A stretch of 64,000 nt of DNA from an uncultured Chloroflexia bacterium. Its GTDB lineage: Bacteria > Chloroflexota > Limnocylindria > Limnocylindrales > CSP1-4. The notes under the pieces were generated by a model, which made no database searches, was not told the DNA's origin, and worked only from the letters and a program-made list of their open reading frames with translations. A program made the translations under genes and the position numbers. The DNA is taken from positions 160,001 to 224,000 of the forward strand of contig CAVVYR010000001.1 of NCBI GenBank assembly GCA_963752475.1. Reading direction: 5' to 3'. Below are positions 30,841 to 40,741 of the stretch, piece by piece. The first letter of the stretch is position 1. Each line of letters begins with the position of its first letter.

Positions 30841-32319
30841 CTAGATGGTGCCGTCCTCAAGGCCGGCGATCACCTCCCGGGCTCGTTCACGGACCGCCGG
30901 CAGGTCGGCGAGTCGCCGCATGCCGGCCAGCGGGCGAGACATACGATGGTTGGCCCGCAGGTCGCCTTCGTGTCGAGCGAGGAAGTCCCAATACAGCGTG
31001 GTGAAGGGGCAGGCGTCCTCGCCGGTGCGCTTGCGCGGGTCGTAGGAACAGGGCCCGCAGTAGTCGCTCATGCGGTCGATGTAGGCACCACCGGAGACGT
31101 ACGGCTTGCTGGCCATCCGGCCGCCGTCGGCCCACAGGCCCATGCCCATCACGTTCGGAACCATGACCCACTCGGCGGCATCGATGTAGCGGTCGCTCAT
31201 CCAGGCCATCACCGCCTGCGGTTCGATGCCCACGAGGTTCGACAGGTTCGACAGCACCATGAGCCGGGGGATGTGGTGGATCCAGGCTCGATCCTCGAGC
31301 CCATCGAGCACGTCACCGAGGCAGCGCATGTGGGTCGTGGCCTCCCCGGTGAAGGCCGGCGGCAACGGCCGCCGATGGTCCAGCGCGTTGGCCTGCGCCA
31401 GGTCCGGCCAGAGCCAGTAGAGCCCCCAGACGTATTCGCGCCAGCCGATCACCTGGCGGATGAAGCCTTCGGCCGAGTTGATGGGCACCTCGCCGGCACG
31501 GTAGCGAGCCTCGACCGCATCGCAGACCTCGCCCGGCAGGAGCAGCCCCAGGTTCAGGTAGGGGCTGAGCATCGAGTGGGCGAGGCTCCACGAGCGCGAG
31601 GTCATCGCATCCTCGTATCGCCCGAACCGCTCGAGCTCGTGATCGAGGAAATGCTCCAGGCGCGTCAGCGCCTGCGTGCGCGTGGTCGCCCACAGCCCGA
31701 GCGGTGGGCGGCCGACTGCGGCCGGCAGCGACGCCAACACTTCCTCATCGAGTGCATCGAGCGATGCCCGAGGAGGCTCACTGAAGACCGAGGGGTCCGA
31801 TGGCGGAGGTTCTCGGTTGTCATGGTCGAAGTTCCAGCGGCCCCCGGCGGGAGCGTCACCATCCATGAGGTAGCCGAGCCGGGTGCGCTGCCAGCGATAG
31901 AAGTCCTCGAGCCGGAGGGACGAGCGCTCACCGGCCCAGGCGGAGAAGTCGTCCGGGTGGCAGAGGAACTGGTCGGACCGGACCTGCGCCACGCCAAGCC
32001 GATCGCAGAGAGCGCGGGCAGCCCGGCTGTTGGGCTCGGTCGCCACGATCTCGGCCGGACGATGTCGTTCGAGATGCGCACGTACGCCGGCGGCGAGGGT
32101 GCTGGAACGCCGCCTGTCGACGATGAAGCCCTCGGACTCCAGCTGTGATGCGAACCGACGCATGGCCGCGATCACCAGGTGCAGGCGCTGCTGGTGTCTG
32201 TTCGAACGCAGGAGCGCTTCGCTCTCGATGAGCAGGACCCGGGTGTCGCGAGGATCAGCCTCCGCGAGGGCCCCCAGGTTCCGGTTCAGTTGGTCCCCCA
32301 GGACCCATACCGTGCGCAC
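30841..32319 (-). CDS. Cryptochrome/photolyase, FeS-BCP (PhrB-like (6-4) photolyase)
   Basis: VLGDQL, WNFDHDNR, IHHIPRLM, SKPYVSGGAYIDRMSDYCGPC, ACPF; GGAGG RBS. Confidence 0.9.
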   Translation of the reverse strand: MRTVWVLGDQLNRNLGALAEADPRDTRVLLIESEALLRSNRHQQRLHLVIAAMRRFASQLESEGFIVDRRRSSTLAAGVRAHLERHRPAEIVATEPNSRAARALCDRLGVAQVRSDQFLCHPDDFSAWAGERSSLRLEDFYRWQRTRLGYLMDGDAPAGGRWNFDHDNREPPPSDPSVFSEPPRASLDALDEEVLASLPAAVGRPPLGLWATTRTQALTRLEHFLDHELERFGRYEDAMTSRSWSLAHSMLSPYLNLGLLLPGEVCDAVEARYRAGEVPINSAEGFIRQVIGWREYVWGLYWLWPDLAQANALDHRRPLPPAFTGEATTHMRCLGDVLDGLEDRAWIHHIPRLMVLSNLSNLVGIEPQAVMAWMSDRYIDAAEWVMVPNVMGMGLWADGGRMASKPYVSGGAYIDRMSDYCGPCSYDPRKRTGEDACPFTTLYWDFLARHEGDLRANHRMSRPLAGMRRLADLPAVRERAREVIAGLEDGTI

Positions 32320-32457
32320 CCGCTTCCTCCGTGCAATGCCGACCGTGCCATGATGCGGCTGGGTCCGGGTCGCGAACCGCGTTCGGCGTCGCCAGAGTAG
32401 CTCCACTGCGAGCGTCGATTCCAATCGCGGCGGATGACCGCTAGAATGTCGCGCGAG

Positions 32458-32532
32458 GCCGACATAGCTCAGTGGTAGAGCAGTTGTTTCGTAAACAACA
32501 GGTCCTCGGTTCAAATCCGAGTGTCGGCTCCA
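32458..32532 (+). tRNA. tRNA-Thr(CGT)
   Basis: GCCGACA/TGTCGGC acceptor stem, anticodon arm GTTGT-TTCGTAA-ACAAC, GGTTCAAATCC, encoded CCA. Confidence 0.97.
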
Positions 32533-32959
32533 CTTCCCCAAGCGTGAGATGGCCCGTTTCGGGCTGGTCCATCAGCGAAGACAGCGCGGCGTGACCCGTA
32601 CGCTGACCCCTGCGTATTCCACACGTGGAAGGTCGGAGGCGCTCGAAGTCAGATGTTGCGGACCTTCAGAACCTCGTCGCCGTCATGACTGACGACCCTG
32701 GGTGTGAGTCGACCCGATGACGGCCGCGGGACGGTGGTGTGAAGTTCGGGTATAGCGATGAGCAGGCGGCCTCGTCGACTCGGCTCGGACGGCCTTCCTG
32801 AGCCACTCGTGCGGTTCGTCGCCGACCAAGACGTAGACGAGGCGGACGAAGAGTAGCGAGCGTCGAAGATCGTGTCGATGAACCGGCAGGCGAGGTCGCC
32901 ACTCGACGAGATCGGTTCCGCAGGCTGGGCTCAGGCCGGAGTCGTCATCGTGCCCGCCT

Positions 32960-33496
32960 TCACCTTGGTGCCGGGTAGACCAGCTCTGGCGTGTCACGCT
33001 CGGTCGGGGCTTGGACGACCTCCACGAGGCAGCCGATGTCGCTGCCATGCTCGTAGTACGCGAACCGGCCGTCTCGCGTCTTGCCGAAGCCGTCCCCGGT
33101 CTGGACCGCGTCCCAGCCGTTGCCCCGCATGCGGCTGACAGCCTGCTCGAAATCGGGGACGTAGAACGCGATGTGGTGGAGCGACGCTCCCCGTCCGTCG
33201 AGGAACTCGTGCCAGATGCTGGGCCCCTCGAGAGGCTGGATCAGCTCCATGGTGACCGGTCCCGACGTGGCGAGGCCGTACCGGATCCGGAAGCTTGCAG
33301 GTGCGCCACGGTATGTCACGCCGGTCAGGTGCGGACCGCCGACCGTGTAGATCCTCCACGGGCCGATGCCCAACAGCGACCAATACGCGCCGATCGATGC
33401 CTCCACGTCGGGCACCACGAGCGCGACCTGGCCGACAGGGACACCGAATGTCGAGTCATGTGAGAGCCGGGCGATCACGTCGCTAGCCTTCGTCAT
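32960..33496 (-). CDS. VOC family protein (methylmalonyl-CoA epimerase-like)
   Basis: QVALVVPD, GIGPW, ELIQPLEGPS, LHHIAF. Confidence 0.85.
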   Translation of the reverse strand: MTKASDVIARLSHDSTFGVPVGQVALVVPDVEASIGAYWSLLGIGPWRIYTVGGPHLTGVTYRGAPASFRIRYGLATSGPVTMELIQPLEGPSIWHEFLDGRGASLHHIAFYVPDFEQAVSRMRGNGWDAVQTGDGFGKTRDGRFAYYEHGSDIGCLVEVVQAPTERDTPELVYPAPR

Positions 33497-34451
33497 CACT
33501 TCTCCTTGGAGCCGAATCGTTCGCCTTGGCGGCGTCAGGGCTTCCGCCCATTTCTCGGCCGCTGCCGGTAGCGGCCTCCCACCAGGGGCTGGCGTGCTCG
33601 TCCACGGCAGCGACCAGTCGTTGCAGTCGCACCGCCGACACTTCCTGCAAGGTACTTGCCCGGGTCTCGGGAGCCAGTGCGGGGCGCCAGATCCCACGTC
33701 CAGCGAGGAACCCCGAAGCGCCTCCACGGAAGGCAGCGAGCGCAGCGGCTTCGAAGCGTTCGAGCGGAACCCCCGCGGAGAGCACGACCCACGGGCGACG
33801 GGCCACGCGGCCGACCTCTCTGGACCGTAGCTCGATCTCGGCCTCCGACCCCCATCCGAGCGTGGGCACCTCGGCCTTGTACAAGTCCGGCTCGAATGCG
33901 CAGAGCTCCGATGCCGCCTCCAGCAAAGCGTCGTCGAAGTCGTCCGGCGCGACCGGAGCGGAGCTGCCCCGTGGTCCGCGAACGATACCCTCGACGATCG
34001 CCAGCAGACCCAGCCGCCGGCACAGGCCGATGAAGTCCTGGACCAGTCGGGCTCGCGCATCGAGCTCCTCGTCACGCCGCCATGGGACAAGCAGCTTCAG
34101 AGCTATGGCACCGGCATCGGCTGCGCGGTGGGCGGCGTCCGCGTCGAGATCGACCCACTCGACGGGACCGCCGCGCGCTTGGTGGAAGCGATCGGCAGCC
34201 ACGATGAGGCCACAGCCCGGTGCGAGGGCTCCGGCACGAGCGATGGGGTCCAACCCATAGGTCGTGTCCAGGAGCACAGCCGAGACGTATGGGCTAAGCG
34301 TGCGTGTGACCTCGACCTTGAAATCGACCACCGCGTCGTGACCGACGGGCTCATCGACGACTTCGGCTAGCAGCGTCCGTAGTGTCTCGCGCTGATCGAT
34401 GGCGAGCATCGCTAAGGTCCCGCTGGTCCGAGCCAGCTTGTCAAGCCCCAT
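33483..34451 (-). CDS. Class I aldolase, YihT/LacD family
   Basis: AMLAIDQRE, DLYKAEVP, PWVVLSAGV, GASGFLAGRGIW. Confidence 0.85.
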   Translation of the reverse strand: MGLDKLARTSGTLAMLAIDQRETLRTLLAEVVDEPVGHDAVVDFKVEVTRTLSPYVSAVLLDTTYGLDPIARAGALAPGCGLIVAADRFHQARGGPVEWVDLDADAAHRAADAGAIALKLLVPWRRDEELDARARLVQDFIGLCRRLGLLAIVEGIVRGPRGSSAPVAPDDFDDALLEAASELCAFEPDLYKAEVPTLGWGSEAEIELRSREVGRVARRPWVVLSAGVPLERFEAAALAAFRGGASGFLAGRGIWRPALAPETRASTLQEVSAVRLQRLVAAVDEHASPWWEAATGSGREMGGSPDAAKANDSAPRRSDDEG

Positions 34452-35388
34452 CGGCCTCTCCTCTCTTGTACTCGTCATGCTGGCGCGGCGGGGCCTGAGC
34501 CATGAACGCCCTGAGCTCAGTCCAGGTCGGGATGGCGGAGCGACCATCGAGGCCACGGCACGAGAGCGCAGCGGCTGCGTTGGCGCAGGCCAAGGCATCC
34601 CGTACGCCGAGCTCGCGGACCAGACCGGCCAGCAGGGCCCCGTGGAAGACGTCTCCTGCGCCGAGCGTGCTGATGACGTCGACTTCGTACGCCGGGACCT
34701 CAACCATCCGCACCTCTGAGTCGCTCGCCGACCGATAGCCGGCGAGCGACCCCTCCGAGCCTCGGGTGACCGCCACGATCCTCGGACCTTCAGCGATGGC
34801 AGACCGGATCGCTCTATCGATGGCCACGTCCGGATACCGCTCACGTAGTCGGGCCTCGGTCGGGGCGTAGAGCGCAAGCTCTCTCAGCTCGAGGCCACGC
34901 ACGGCGATGCCATGGTCCAGAGAGATGGGCGTCGCGACCCCCGCTGCTCGGATCTGCGGAACGACCTTGAGGCCATGGTGGTCCACGTGCAGCCATGCAG
35001 CTTCGCGCACCGCCAGCAATGCGTCATCGTCGAGTGGCAGCAGTCCGTGGTGTGGATCGAACGAGGCGATCGATCGATGGGCGGTCACTTGGTCGACCAG
35101 GGCGACACTCATCATCGGCCGTCCAGACACCACGCGGAGCCAGCGGGTGTCGACACCCTCACGCTCGAGCCCGGCCCGGATCAGTCCGCTGGCGTCGTCG
35201 TCGCCGACGACGCTGATGATGCTCACCGGCACACCGAGGCGCGCCAGCGCGACTGCAGCCGTCGCCGCCAAACCACCTGCGCCGAGCATGGCGTCAAGCG
35301 CGGGGATGCGCTGGTCATGACCTACGGGCTCATCGATGAGCGCGATGAGGTCCAGCACGGCCGACCCTATACAGATGACGCGCTTCAC
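34441..35388 (-). CDS. PfkB kinase, YihV (sulfofructose kinase)-like
   Basis: GGLAATAAVALARLG, STLGAGDVFHG. Confidence 0.85.
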   Translation of the reverse strand: MKRVICIGSAVLDLIALIDEPVGHDQRIPALDAMLGAGGLAATAAVALARLGVPVSIISVVGDDDASGLIRAGLEREGVDTRWLRVVSGRPMMSVALVDQVTAHRSIASFDPHHGLLPLDDDALLAVREAAWLHVDHHGLKVVPQIRAAGVATPISLDHGIAVRGLELRELALYAPTEARLRERYPDVAIDRAIRSAIAEGPRIVAVTRGSEGSLAGYRSASDSEVRMVEVPAYEVDVISTLGAGDVFHGALLAGLVRELGVRDALACANAAAALSCRGLDGRSAIPTWTELRAFMAQAPPRQHDEYKRGEADGA

Positions 35389-35437
35389 CAGTCTTGACAC
35401 GCTCCGAGTCACGGGGACAGAATGCGATTGCTCGCAG

Positions 35438-35452
35438 TGTAACGTTGTTACA
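35438..35452. promoter_or_regulatory. Palindromic operator, copy 1
   Basis: CAG-TGTAAC-GTT-GTTACA-CTG in a divergent intergenic region. Confidence 0.75.
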
Positions 35453-35490
35453 CTGTACTTCCAACTTCCTCACGCCAGCGGAGAGCCACG

Positions 35491-36246
35491 ATGTTCGAGA
35501 GTCTGTTCTCCCTCGATGGCCGTGTCGCCGTCATCACCGGAGGATCAGGTGCCATAGGGCGAGGTGCAGCGGAGGTCTTCCTCGAGCTCGGCGCCAAGGT
35601 CATCCTCGTAGGCCGGACCCAGGAGCATCTGGAAGCCACGCGGGCAGCCCTGCCCGATGGTGCCGACGTGACCACCGTGCTGGGCGACGCACGTGAGCGG
35701 GCACACATCGACGAATTGGCCGAGGTGTCGCGAGCCAACGGCGGCGTCGACATCCTCGTCAACAGCGTGGGGACCAATCGACGCAAACCCATCCTTGAGG
35801 CCACGCCAGAGGACCTGGACTTCCTCTGGCAAGTCAACATGGCGAGCGTCTTCGCCGTCACCCAGGCACTCGTGCCGCAGATGGTGGAGAAGCAGTACGG
35901 CAAGATCATCAACATGTGCTCCATCGGATCGCTCGATCGGCCTCGAGTACAAGACCATGTATGCAATCACCAAGGGGGCTCTCGCCCAGCACACGCGTAG
36001 CGCCGGGCTCGAGTTGGCCCAGCACGGCATCCGCGTGAACGCTCTCGCGCCGGGCTACGTCGATACGCCGATGACGCACGAGTGGATCCACTCGGAACGC
36101 GAGGCCGAGTACCTAGCCCGGATCCTCTTGGCAAGTACGCCGAGGTGAGCGACCTCCAGGGGGCCTTCGCCTTCCTGGGCTCACGCGCCTCTGATCACAT
36201 TACCGGTCAGATCATCGTCATCGATGGCGGTGAGACGATCTGGTAG
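35491..36246 (+). CDS. SDR, gluconate 5-dehydrogenase/KduD-like (frameshifts near 35935 and 36130)
   Basis: TGGSGAIG; YAITK and VNALAPG in frame 2; HITGQIIVIDGG in frame 3. Confidence 0.8.
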
Positions 36247-36279
36247 CAGGCCCAACGACATGGGTCGACGGAGGATGAC

Positions 36280-36934
36280 ATGACGCAGAGTCGGGAAGCC
36301 ACGCTCAGCTCGATGATGGAGACCGGCGTGGTGGCTGTCGTGCGGGTCGATGAGGCGACCGGCTTGGTGGCGCTCGCGGAGGCACTGCGGTCCGGCGGCG
36401 TGGTTCATACCGAGATCACCATGACCGTCCCCGGCGCCCTCGACGCCATCGAGTCGGCGGTTCGTGAGCTCGGCGACGACGCGTTCGTCGGCGCGGGCAC
36501 GGTCCTCGATGCGGTGACCGCGCGCTTGGCCATCAACGCGGGCGTCTCCTTCGTCGTCGGCCCGAGCCTCGACCTCGAGGTCATCGCGATGGCGCATCGC
36601 TACGGCGTCATGGTCGTGCCCGGCTGTTTGACCCCAACCGAGATCGACCCAGGCCTGGTCAGCCGGGGCTGACGTGGTGAAGCTGTTCCCCGGCCGCGTG
36701 GCCACGCCCGGCTACTTCTCCGATCTCCGAGGACCGTTCCCGCAAGTTCGGCTCATGCCCACGGGCAATGTGGATCTCGAGACCACGCCGGAGTACATCA
36801 AGGCTGGCGCGGTCGCGGTGGGTGTCGGCAAGGCTCTCGTCGATCGGACCGCCTTGAAGGAACAGCGCTGGTCCGTCATCAGCGAGAACGCTCGGCGGTT
36901 CCGAGAGGTCGTCGAGCAAGCGCGGGAGAGTTGA
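36280..36934 (+). CDS. eda: KDPG/KHG aldolase (frameshift near 36645)
   Basis: EITMTVPGA, GAGTVLD, PGCLTPTE, VKLFPG, MPTGNV. Confidence 0.88.
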
Positions 36935-37971
36935 CCATGGCGGATGGACATCGCGTGATCGCCTTCGGTGAACTGCTTATGCGGCTCGAGCCCAGAGGCC
37001 ATGAACGGATCGTCCAGGCAAACGAGTTCCAGGTTCGATATACCGGCGGTGAGGCCAACGCCGCCGCACTCCTGGTTTCACTGGGAGTCGAGGCAGCATG
37101 CGTCTCTCGTGTGCCCGCGCACGAGGTCGGCCAGGCCTGTGTCGACTACCTCCGACGATTCGGAATCGACACCACGCATGTCTCCCGTGGTGGCGACCGC
37201 CTCGGCCTGCTCTATCTCGAGACCGGGGCCTCCCAGCGACCGTCGAAGGTCATCTACGACCGCGATCACACCTCACTGCGCAGCGCCCGCCCCGATGACT
37301 TCGACTGGGCCGCCATCCTCGACGGAGCGGATTGGCTGCACTTCTCCGGCACCGCTCCGGCGTCTGGCCCTGCGATCGTGGAGGCCCTGGTAGAGGGGCT
37401 CGCTCTCGCGCACGAGCGCGGCGTCCGGGTGAGCTGCGACCTCAACTATCGGCGCAAGCTCTGGAGCCCAGACGAAGCCCGCGAGGCGATGATGCGCTTG
37501 ATGCCCTTCGTCGATGTCCTGATCGGGAACGAGGAGGACGCGACGACGGTGTTCGGCATCTCCGCTGAGGAGATCGATGTAGTGCAGGGTGAACTGGATG
37601 TCGACTCCTATCGCCGGATCGCCGAGCAACTCATGGCGAGGTTCGCCCTGGAGCTTGTCGCCACCACCCTCCGAACGAGCATCTCAGCATCGGTCAATCG
37701 CTGGTCAGGGGTCGTGTTCGACGGGGACACCCAGTACGTCAGCCGCACCTATGAGATCGACCCCATCGTCGACCGCGTGGGAGGTGGCGATGCCTTTTCG
37801 GGCGGGCTCATCTTCGCACTCCTGCAATCGATGGACCTGCAGGCGTGTGTCGACTTCGCCGTCGCGGCCTCGTGCCTGAAGCACTCGATCCCGGGCGACT
37901 TCGCGCTGCTCACCCGAACGGAGATCGATACCCTCGTGGCCGGCGACGCCTCGGGTCGGGTGCAGCGTTGA
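36931..37971 (+). CDS. kdgK: 2-keto-3-deoxygluconate kinase (PfkB)
   Basis: FGELLMRL, GGEANAA, DLNYRRKLW, DRVGGGDAF, KHSIPGD. Confidence 0.88.
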   Translation: MTMADGHRVIAFGELLMRLEPRGHERIVQANEFQVRYTGGEANAAALLVSLGVEAACVSRVPAHEVGQACVDYLRRFGIDTTHVSRGGDRLGLLYLETGASQRPSKVIYDRDHTSLRSARPDDFDWAAILDGADWLHFSGTAPASGPAIVEALVEGLALAHERGVRVSCDLNYRRKLWSPDEAREAMMRLMPFVDVLIGNEEDATTVFGISAEEIDVVQGELDVDSYRRIAEQLMARFALELVATTLRTSISASVNRWSGVVFDGDTQYVSRTYEIDPIVDRVGGGDAFSGGLIFALLQSMDLQACVDFAVAASCLKHSIPGDFALLTRTEIDTLVAGDASGRVQR

Positions 37972-38000
37972 CCTCCGGCGGCGCATCGACAGTGCGCGTC

Positions 38001-38029
38001 TTGCCGATAGCGTGTAACGCTGTTACAGT
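38001..38029 (+). promoter_or_regulatory. Promoter with overlapping operator, copy 2
   Basis: TTGCCG-N17-TACAGT with TGTAAC-GCT-GTTACA at 38013-38027. Confidence 0.72.
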
Positions 38030-38064
38030 CGAGTTGGCTGGTTCGGGTCATCGCTGGAGTTGAC

Positions 38065-39018
38065 ATGCCTACCCTTCTTGGTCACACGCTCGGAACGCCA
38101 GACCTGACCCCGTTCGAAGCGCTCGATCTGTTCGCAGCGTCCGGTCTCGACGGTGCAGAGCTCATCTGGCAGGACGACTACCGGGGCGCCATCCCAGAGA
38201 GCGACGACGGTCGGGTGGCTGCGGACGTCAAGGCACACGCAGATGGCAGCGGTCTGAGCATCGGATGCCTGACGCCATACGTCACCAAGCTGAACAGCCT
38301 CGATGAAGCCGTTCGCATGAGTGAAGTCCGCCGCATCGAGCGTGCCATGGGGATCGCGGACACGCTCGGGTGTTGGCGGATGCGGATCTACGGCGGAACG
38401 TTGCTGGGTGACGAACGTGAGCAGGACATCCCGCGGATGTGGGCGCGTCTTGTAATCTCACTGCGCCGCCTCGGGGCCATGGCCCTCGACCATGGGATCG
38501 TGCTGTGTGTCGAGAATCACTTCGGGACGATGGCGGTCTCTGCGGCTGACACGGTGGCGCTCGTCGAGGAGGTCGGCTCCGAGGGCGTCGGCATCCTTTA
38601 CGACCAAGCCAACCTGGCATTCACGCACCGCGAGGCCTACGAGGAGGCGATTAGCCTGCAAGCCGACTGGATCAGGCACGTGCATGTCAAGGACCTCGAG
38701 TTCATCCATCCCGACAAGGTGCTCAAGACCACGCAGGTGGCGAGCATCGACAAGTCCGAGCGCATCCACGCATCGCGGATGATCGGTGACGGCATCCTCG
38801 ACTGGGACGCCATCATCGACGCCCTCGTCGCGGCTGGCTACGACGGCTCGTACTCGCTCGAATACGAGTACCGCTGGAACCCGGAGGACCTGCCGGCTCC
38901 GGAGATCGGCTTCCCAGAGAGCGCGCGACGGCTGCGCACGTGCTTTGGCCAGAAGACGCCGGAGACCGAGGACGACCCAGGGGCGTCAGCAGCTGCCGCT
39001 ACGAAGCACTCGAGGTAG
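38065..39018 (+). CDS. Sugar phosphate isomerase/epimerase (xylose-isomerase-like TIM barrel)
   Basis: VENH, LYDQAN, HVHVKD, YSLEYE. Confidence 0.85.
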   Translation: MPTLLGHTLGTPDLTPFEALDLFAASGLDGAELIWQDDYRGAIPESDDGRVAADVKAHADGSGLSIGCLTPYVTKLNSLDEAVRMSEVRRIERAMGIADTLGCWRMRIYGGTLLGDEREQDIPRMWARLVISLRRLGAMALDHGIVLCVENHFGTMAVSAADTVALVEEVGSEGVGILYDQANLAFTHREAYEEAISLQADWIRHVHVKDLEFIHPDKVLKTTQVASIDKSERIHASRMIGDGILDWDAIIDALVAAGYDGSYSLEYEYRWNPEDLPAPEIGFPESARRLRTCFGQKTPETEDDPGASAAAATKHSR

Positions 39019-39113
39019 ATGCGGCGTTGGCGAGATCACCGACCGACGACACCGTAGGTCGCTCCCTGGCGACGGCTGATGAGCCTGGCGCGTCGCGCGA
39101 GAGCCAAGACTCC

Positions 39114-39938
39114 GTGCGGGTCACGAACACGAGCATCGGGCGCACCATGCGGACGCTCGAACTGCTCGCCGGTGAGCCGCGCGGCTTGCGGGTCACTGAC
39201 CTGGCCAACGCCCTCGGCGTGAACCGGGCGATCCCACATCGCATCCTGACCGACCTCTCCGAGCTTGGCTATGTCATCCAAGATCCCCGCACGGAGCGGT
39301 ATCGGGTCAGCTTCAAGCTCGGCAGCCTTGGACTCCGGCAGCTCGATACCGCCGGCGCGGTCCGCTGGGCCCAGGACGAACTCGACCGCCTCGCGTTCGA
39401 GACACGCGAGCTGGTCCGCTTGGCGGTCACTTCCGGTGCTGGCCTGCGCTGGGTGGCGAAGGCACAGGGATCCGCATCGGCCCTGACACTGGACGGTGTG
39501 ACCGGCGCCCAGGTCGTCCTGCACGCCACCGCCAGCGGCAAGGCCTGGCTCTCGACGTTGCCCAAGGAGCACATCGTCGAGCTCCTGTCCGAGCGTGGCC
39601 TGCAGGCACAGACAGAGCGCACGGCCACTGACCTGGCGGCGGTCTTGCGCGAGATCGCCGTGGCCAGGGAACGGGGCTTCGCCCTGGTCGCAGAGGAGAT
39701 GGAGGTCGGAGTGTCCGCTATCGCCGTGCCCATCGTGCCGCCAGAGTCGGCCGAAGGGCGCGCGGTCGCGACCGTCAGCATCGCCGGACCGGCGGCGCGG
39801 CTCGATCATGACCGGCTCGTCGGTTTCGCGGCGAGGTTGACCGAAGTCTCCAAGCGCCTCGGCTCGCAGTGGCACACCTATGAGTACATGGCCGCGGTCG
39901 CGCGGCCGGTCACTTTCGCCGACGACCCACCGCGATGA
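39114..39938 (+). CDS. IclR family transcriptional regulator
   Basis: N-terminal HTH, LHATASGKAWL, SAIAVP, SIAGP; start uncertain. Confidence 0.9.
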   Translation: MRVTNTSIGRTMRTLELLAGEPRGLRVTDLANALGVNRAIPHRILTDLSELGYVIQDPRTERYRVSFKLGSLGLRQLDTAGAVRWAQDELDRLAFETRELVRLAVTSGAGLRWVAKAQGSASALTLDGVTGAQVVLHATASGKAWLSTLPKEHIVELLSERGLQAQTERTATDLAAVLREIAVARERGFALVAEEMEVGVSAIAVPIVPPESAEGRAVATVSIAGPAARLDHDRLVGFAARLTEVSKRLGSQWHTYEYMAAVARPVTFADDPPR

Positions 39939-40741
39939 TCGATTGGACAGAACCAGGGGACAGCGTCGGCGTTATTACCCTCGCGCGACCGCCGGTAAAC
40001 GCCTTCGACGCGCCTTCGAAACGAGAGCTCGATCGCCTGCTTGGTGATTTAGCGGGACGGACGGAGATTCGCAGCATCGTCATCCGCAGTGATCTGCCGC
40101 GCACGTTCTGCGCCGGCTCCGATCTCCGCGAGCTGGCCACTGAACACGAGGAGCCAGGCATAGCGCTTGCGCGGACGAGGTTCGAGTTCGAGATGTGGCA
40201 ACGCCTGTCCGGGCTACCGCAGGTGTCGATCGCCGCCATCGACGGCTACGCCCTGGGCAGTGGACTAGAACTCGCAATCGCCTGCGACTTCCGTGTCGCC
40301 GGTGGCGCCGCGAGCCTGGGACTGCCCGAGATCAAGATCGGCGGTTCACCTGGGGTCCAGACGCTCGCGCGACTGCCGCTGATCGTCGGCTTGGGCACCG
40401 CTACGCAGATGCTGCTGACGGGCGATACGCTCACGGCCGACCAGGCACTCGTTGCAGGGCTCGTTCATGAGGTCACGCCAACGGGCCGGGCGAGCGAGCG
40501 CGCCATGCAGCTCGCCAGACAGCTCGCTACGCAACCACGAAGCTCGGTGCGGTTCTTGAAGGCATCACTCATGGCGACCGTCGATATCGCGGTCGAGCGG
40601 GTTGGAGCTGTCGCCGACGACGGGGTCGAGGGCCTGTTCCAGGCGAGGGAGATGCACGAGGGCATCGCCGCCTTCCTGGAGAAGCGCCGGCCGGACTTCG
40701 ACGCCAAGGCCCAGCCCCTCGACGAGGCTGGAGGGCAGTGA
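39935..40741 (+). CDS. Enoyl-CoA hydratase/isomerase
   Basis: FCAGSDL, GSGLELAIACDFR, LPEIKIG. Confidence 0.9.
   Translation: MIDWTEPGDSVGVITLARPPVNAFDAPSKRELDRLLGDLAGRTEIRSIVIRSDLPRTFCAGSDLRELATEHEEPGIALARTRFEFEMWQRLSGLPQVSIAAIDGYALGSGLELAIACDFRVAGGAASLGLPEIKIGGSPGVQTLARLPLIVGLGTATQMLLTGDTLTADQALVAGLVHEVTPTGRASERAMQLARQLATQPRSSVRFLKASLMATVDIAVERVGAVADDGVEGLFQAREMHEGIAAFLEKRRPDFDAKAQPLDEAGGQ

Noticed and set aside
32320-32541. N-terminal extension of the photolyase ORF
   Set aside because: It overlaps the tRNA antisense; the GTG at 32319 has a GGAGG RBS and matches the family start.
32683-32960. Integrase next to the tRNA (HDLRRS-like string)
   Set aside because: No other catalytic motifs or coherent ORF; could be chance or unrecognisable debris.
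33483-35388. Definitive sulfoquinovose (sulfo-EMP) pathway call
   Set aside because: Only kinase and aldolase homologs are present; no recognisable SQ isomerase, sulfoquinovosidase or SLA reductase in the window.
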